Part shown: positions 27,821 to 32,000 of the stretch, piece after piece
Layout of the letters: each line of letters opens with the position of its first letter
Position numbering within the stretch: position 1 is the first letter of the stretch
Assembly (NCBI RefSeq): GCF_000195955.2
Contig: NC_000962.3
Coordinates: 2,280,001 to 2,312,000 of the forward strand
Origin: Mycobacterium tuberculosis H37Rv
GTDB lineage: Bacteria; Actinomycetota; Actinomycetes; Mycobacteriales; Mycobacteriaceae
DNA: 32,000 bases
Direction: 5' to 3'
The notes under the pieces: model-generated
The model's input: only the letters and a program-made list of their open reading frames with translations
Told to the model about the DNA's origin: nothing
The model's database searches: none
Program-made: the position numbers and the translations under genes

Positions 27821-32000
<4,180 letters not shown>

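Overview
This 32 kb window is chromosomal DNA of the Mycobacterium tuberculosis complex. If my memory of the H37Rv pncA coordinates is right, window position = H37Rv coordinate minus about 2,280,000. Left to right it holds: the 3' tail of acg (Rv2032); a DUF3097 gene (Rv2033c); a small ArsR / SRPBCC / DinB-like operon (Rv2034-Rv2036) with a perfect palindrome over its promoter; a tightly packed minus-strand run from a DUF2784 membrane protein through pncA, an NTF2-like protein and a sugar ABC transporter to a patatin (Rv2044c-Rv2037c); lipT and lppI, divergent; Rv2047c, a nucleotide-binding / PEP-utilising-type fusion; the 12.5 kb bimodular PKS gene pks12; a short zinc-ribbon-like gene (Rv2049c); rbpA; ppm1 (Lnt plus polyprenol-phosphate mannose synthase fusion); and the 3' part of an amidohydrolase (Rv2052c). 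No CRISPR, tRNA, rRNA, IS element or acquired island was recognised. The observations most worth a second look are: (1) the mosaic near-identity between the two pks12 modules (about 1.13 kb and 0.92 kb blocks separated by diverged AT/DH/ER-N segments); (2) Rv2047c, which starts 4 bp after pks12 and joins an atypical SDR-like domain to a phosphohistidine swivelling domain with no visible ATP-grasp, a candidate missing enzyme for phosphomycoketide formation or handling; (3) probable N-terminal under-annotation of ppm1 (+55 aa), Rv2049c (+47 aa, restores a zinc ribbon) and Rv2044c (+11 aa); (4) a promoter/operator/leaderless-start arrangement at Rv2034. PncA is wild type by eye (His57 present, so not the classic M. 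bovis allele). Most of the gene content is previously known, and I did not find clear evidence for a wholly new system.
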